From Candidatus Saccharimonadota bacterium (lineage in GTDB: Archaea > Nanobdellota > Nanobdellia > Pacearchaeales > GW2011-AR1): a stretch of 32,000 nt of DNA. Below the pieces are notes generated by a model. That model saw only the letters and a list, made by a program, of their open reading frames with translations. It was not told where the DNA came from and searched no databases. Both the position numbers and the translations under genes were made by a program. Shown here piece by piece: positions 31,559-32,000 of this stretch; within the stretch, counting starts at the first letter, position 1, and the number at the start of each line of letters is the position of its first letter. Location: positions 270,001 through 302,000 of the forward strand of contig BPGA01000001.1 in assembly GCA_026002795.1 (NCBI GenBank), written 5' to 3'.

Positions 31559-31563
31559 AAAAA

Positions 31564-32000
31564 ATGAAACACGAGCTAGAAAAAATTTTTGAATCTTTTG
31601 ATAACAACAGAATTTTTAATGACAAATCGATATTGCAAATAACCTACAGACCAAACGAGATAAAACATAGAGAAGAACAAATAAAACAACTTGCAAAAAT
31701 TTTAGCTCCAGTTCTTAGAGGCGAAAAAACAAGCAATGTTTTTTTATATGGAAATACAGGTACAGGAAAAACCCTTTCTATACTTTATATAAAAGACGAG
31801 CTTCTTAAGAGAGCAGAGAGAATTCAAGAATTTAAGATAAAAATAGAATATTTAAACTGCAAACTTAAAAAAGTTTCAGATACAGAATATAGAATTTTAG
31901 CAGAACTTATTAAGAAATTTGGAGGTAATGTTCCTAATACAGGCCTTCCTACAGAAACAGTTTACTCTAAATTTATAGACCTGATAGATTCTAAAAAACA
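31564..32000 (+). CDS. cdc6: Orc1/Cdc6 replication initiator (3' end beyond window)
   Basis: Hand-translated as MKHELEKIFESFDNNRIFNDKSILQITYRPNEIKHREEQIKQLAKILAPVLRGEKTSNVFLYGNTGTGKT (Walker A)...EYLNC...TEYRILAELIKKFG. The frame is open to the window end. Confidence 0.85.
   Translation, partial: MKHELEKIFESFDNNRIFNDKSILQITYRPNEIKHREEQIKQLAKILAPVLRGEKTSNVFLYGNTGTGKTLSILYIKDELLKRAERIQEFKIKIEYLNCKLKKVSDTEYRILAELIKKFGGNVPNTGLPTETVYSKFIDLIDSKK

Noticed and set aside
31378-31572. 64-aa minus-strand ORF in the supplied track (MFHFLTFISYGKKLF...).
   Set aside because: It lies entirely within the AT-rich spacer and ORB-like boxes upstream of orc1/cdc6 and has a low-complexity K/L/F composition. It is better explained as a chance ORF in origin or promoter DNA.

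Overview
Strongly AT-rich archaeal chromosome segment. Archaeal-only markers are present: Orc1/Cdc6, RpoD/RpoF/RpoN, L21e, L18e, RNase P Rpp21 and CCA-less tRNAs. Tiny spacers and many overlapping genes suggest a small-genome, DPANN-like lineage, but that is inference only.

Layout:
- 1-11.6 kb: a surface-glycan island. It holds two methyltransferases, a GT-A transferase, an LbH acetyltransferase, a DegT aminotransferase, an SDR and a possible TagF-like GT-B. These are followed by a tightly overlapped minus-strand operon: Wzx flippase, CMP-type cytidylyltransferase, Gfo/Idh/MocA, 2-hydroxyacid dehydrogenase, IMPase, GmhA.
- 11.8-12.9 kb: two sequon-rich secreted proteins.
- 12.9-15.3 kb: secD with a PDZ-like insert, and a frameshifted secF.
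- 15.33-15.62 kb: tRNA-Gly, tRNA-Arg and tRNA-Leu.
- 15.7-25.1 kb: a frameshifted MscS channel, an orphan 5S rRNA, Rpp21, rpoN, L21e-rpoF-DUF655, and S13-S4-S11-rpoD-tRNA-Leu-L18e-L13-S9. Next come a recombinase-domain remnant lacking a catalytic domain, an RRM protein and CstA.
- 25.2-26.4 kb: Ogt and a XerA-like tyrosine recombinase.

The most unusual part is 26.5-31.6 kb:
- A Cas4-like nuclease plus DUF3883 pair.
- A 1.07 kb repeat-dense non-coding region. It contains a lox/dif-like 8-8-8 site, two copies of a 9-5-9 palindrome, phased TGTTT iteron-like repeats, and the only Shine-Dalgarno-led ORF in the window.
- Two convergent paralogous genes with a coiled-coil, repeat linker and HTH layout. 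The linker DNA of one carries iteron-like 12-bp repeats. The linker DNA of the other carries a tetranucleotide microsatellite next to a near-canonical origin recognition box (ORB).
- A candidate oriC, with inverted ORB-like boxes flanking an AT-rich stretch, immediately upstream of orc1/cdc6 at the right edge.

All functional calls come from motif recognition by eye. No database search was run.
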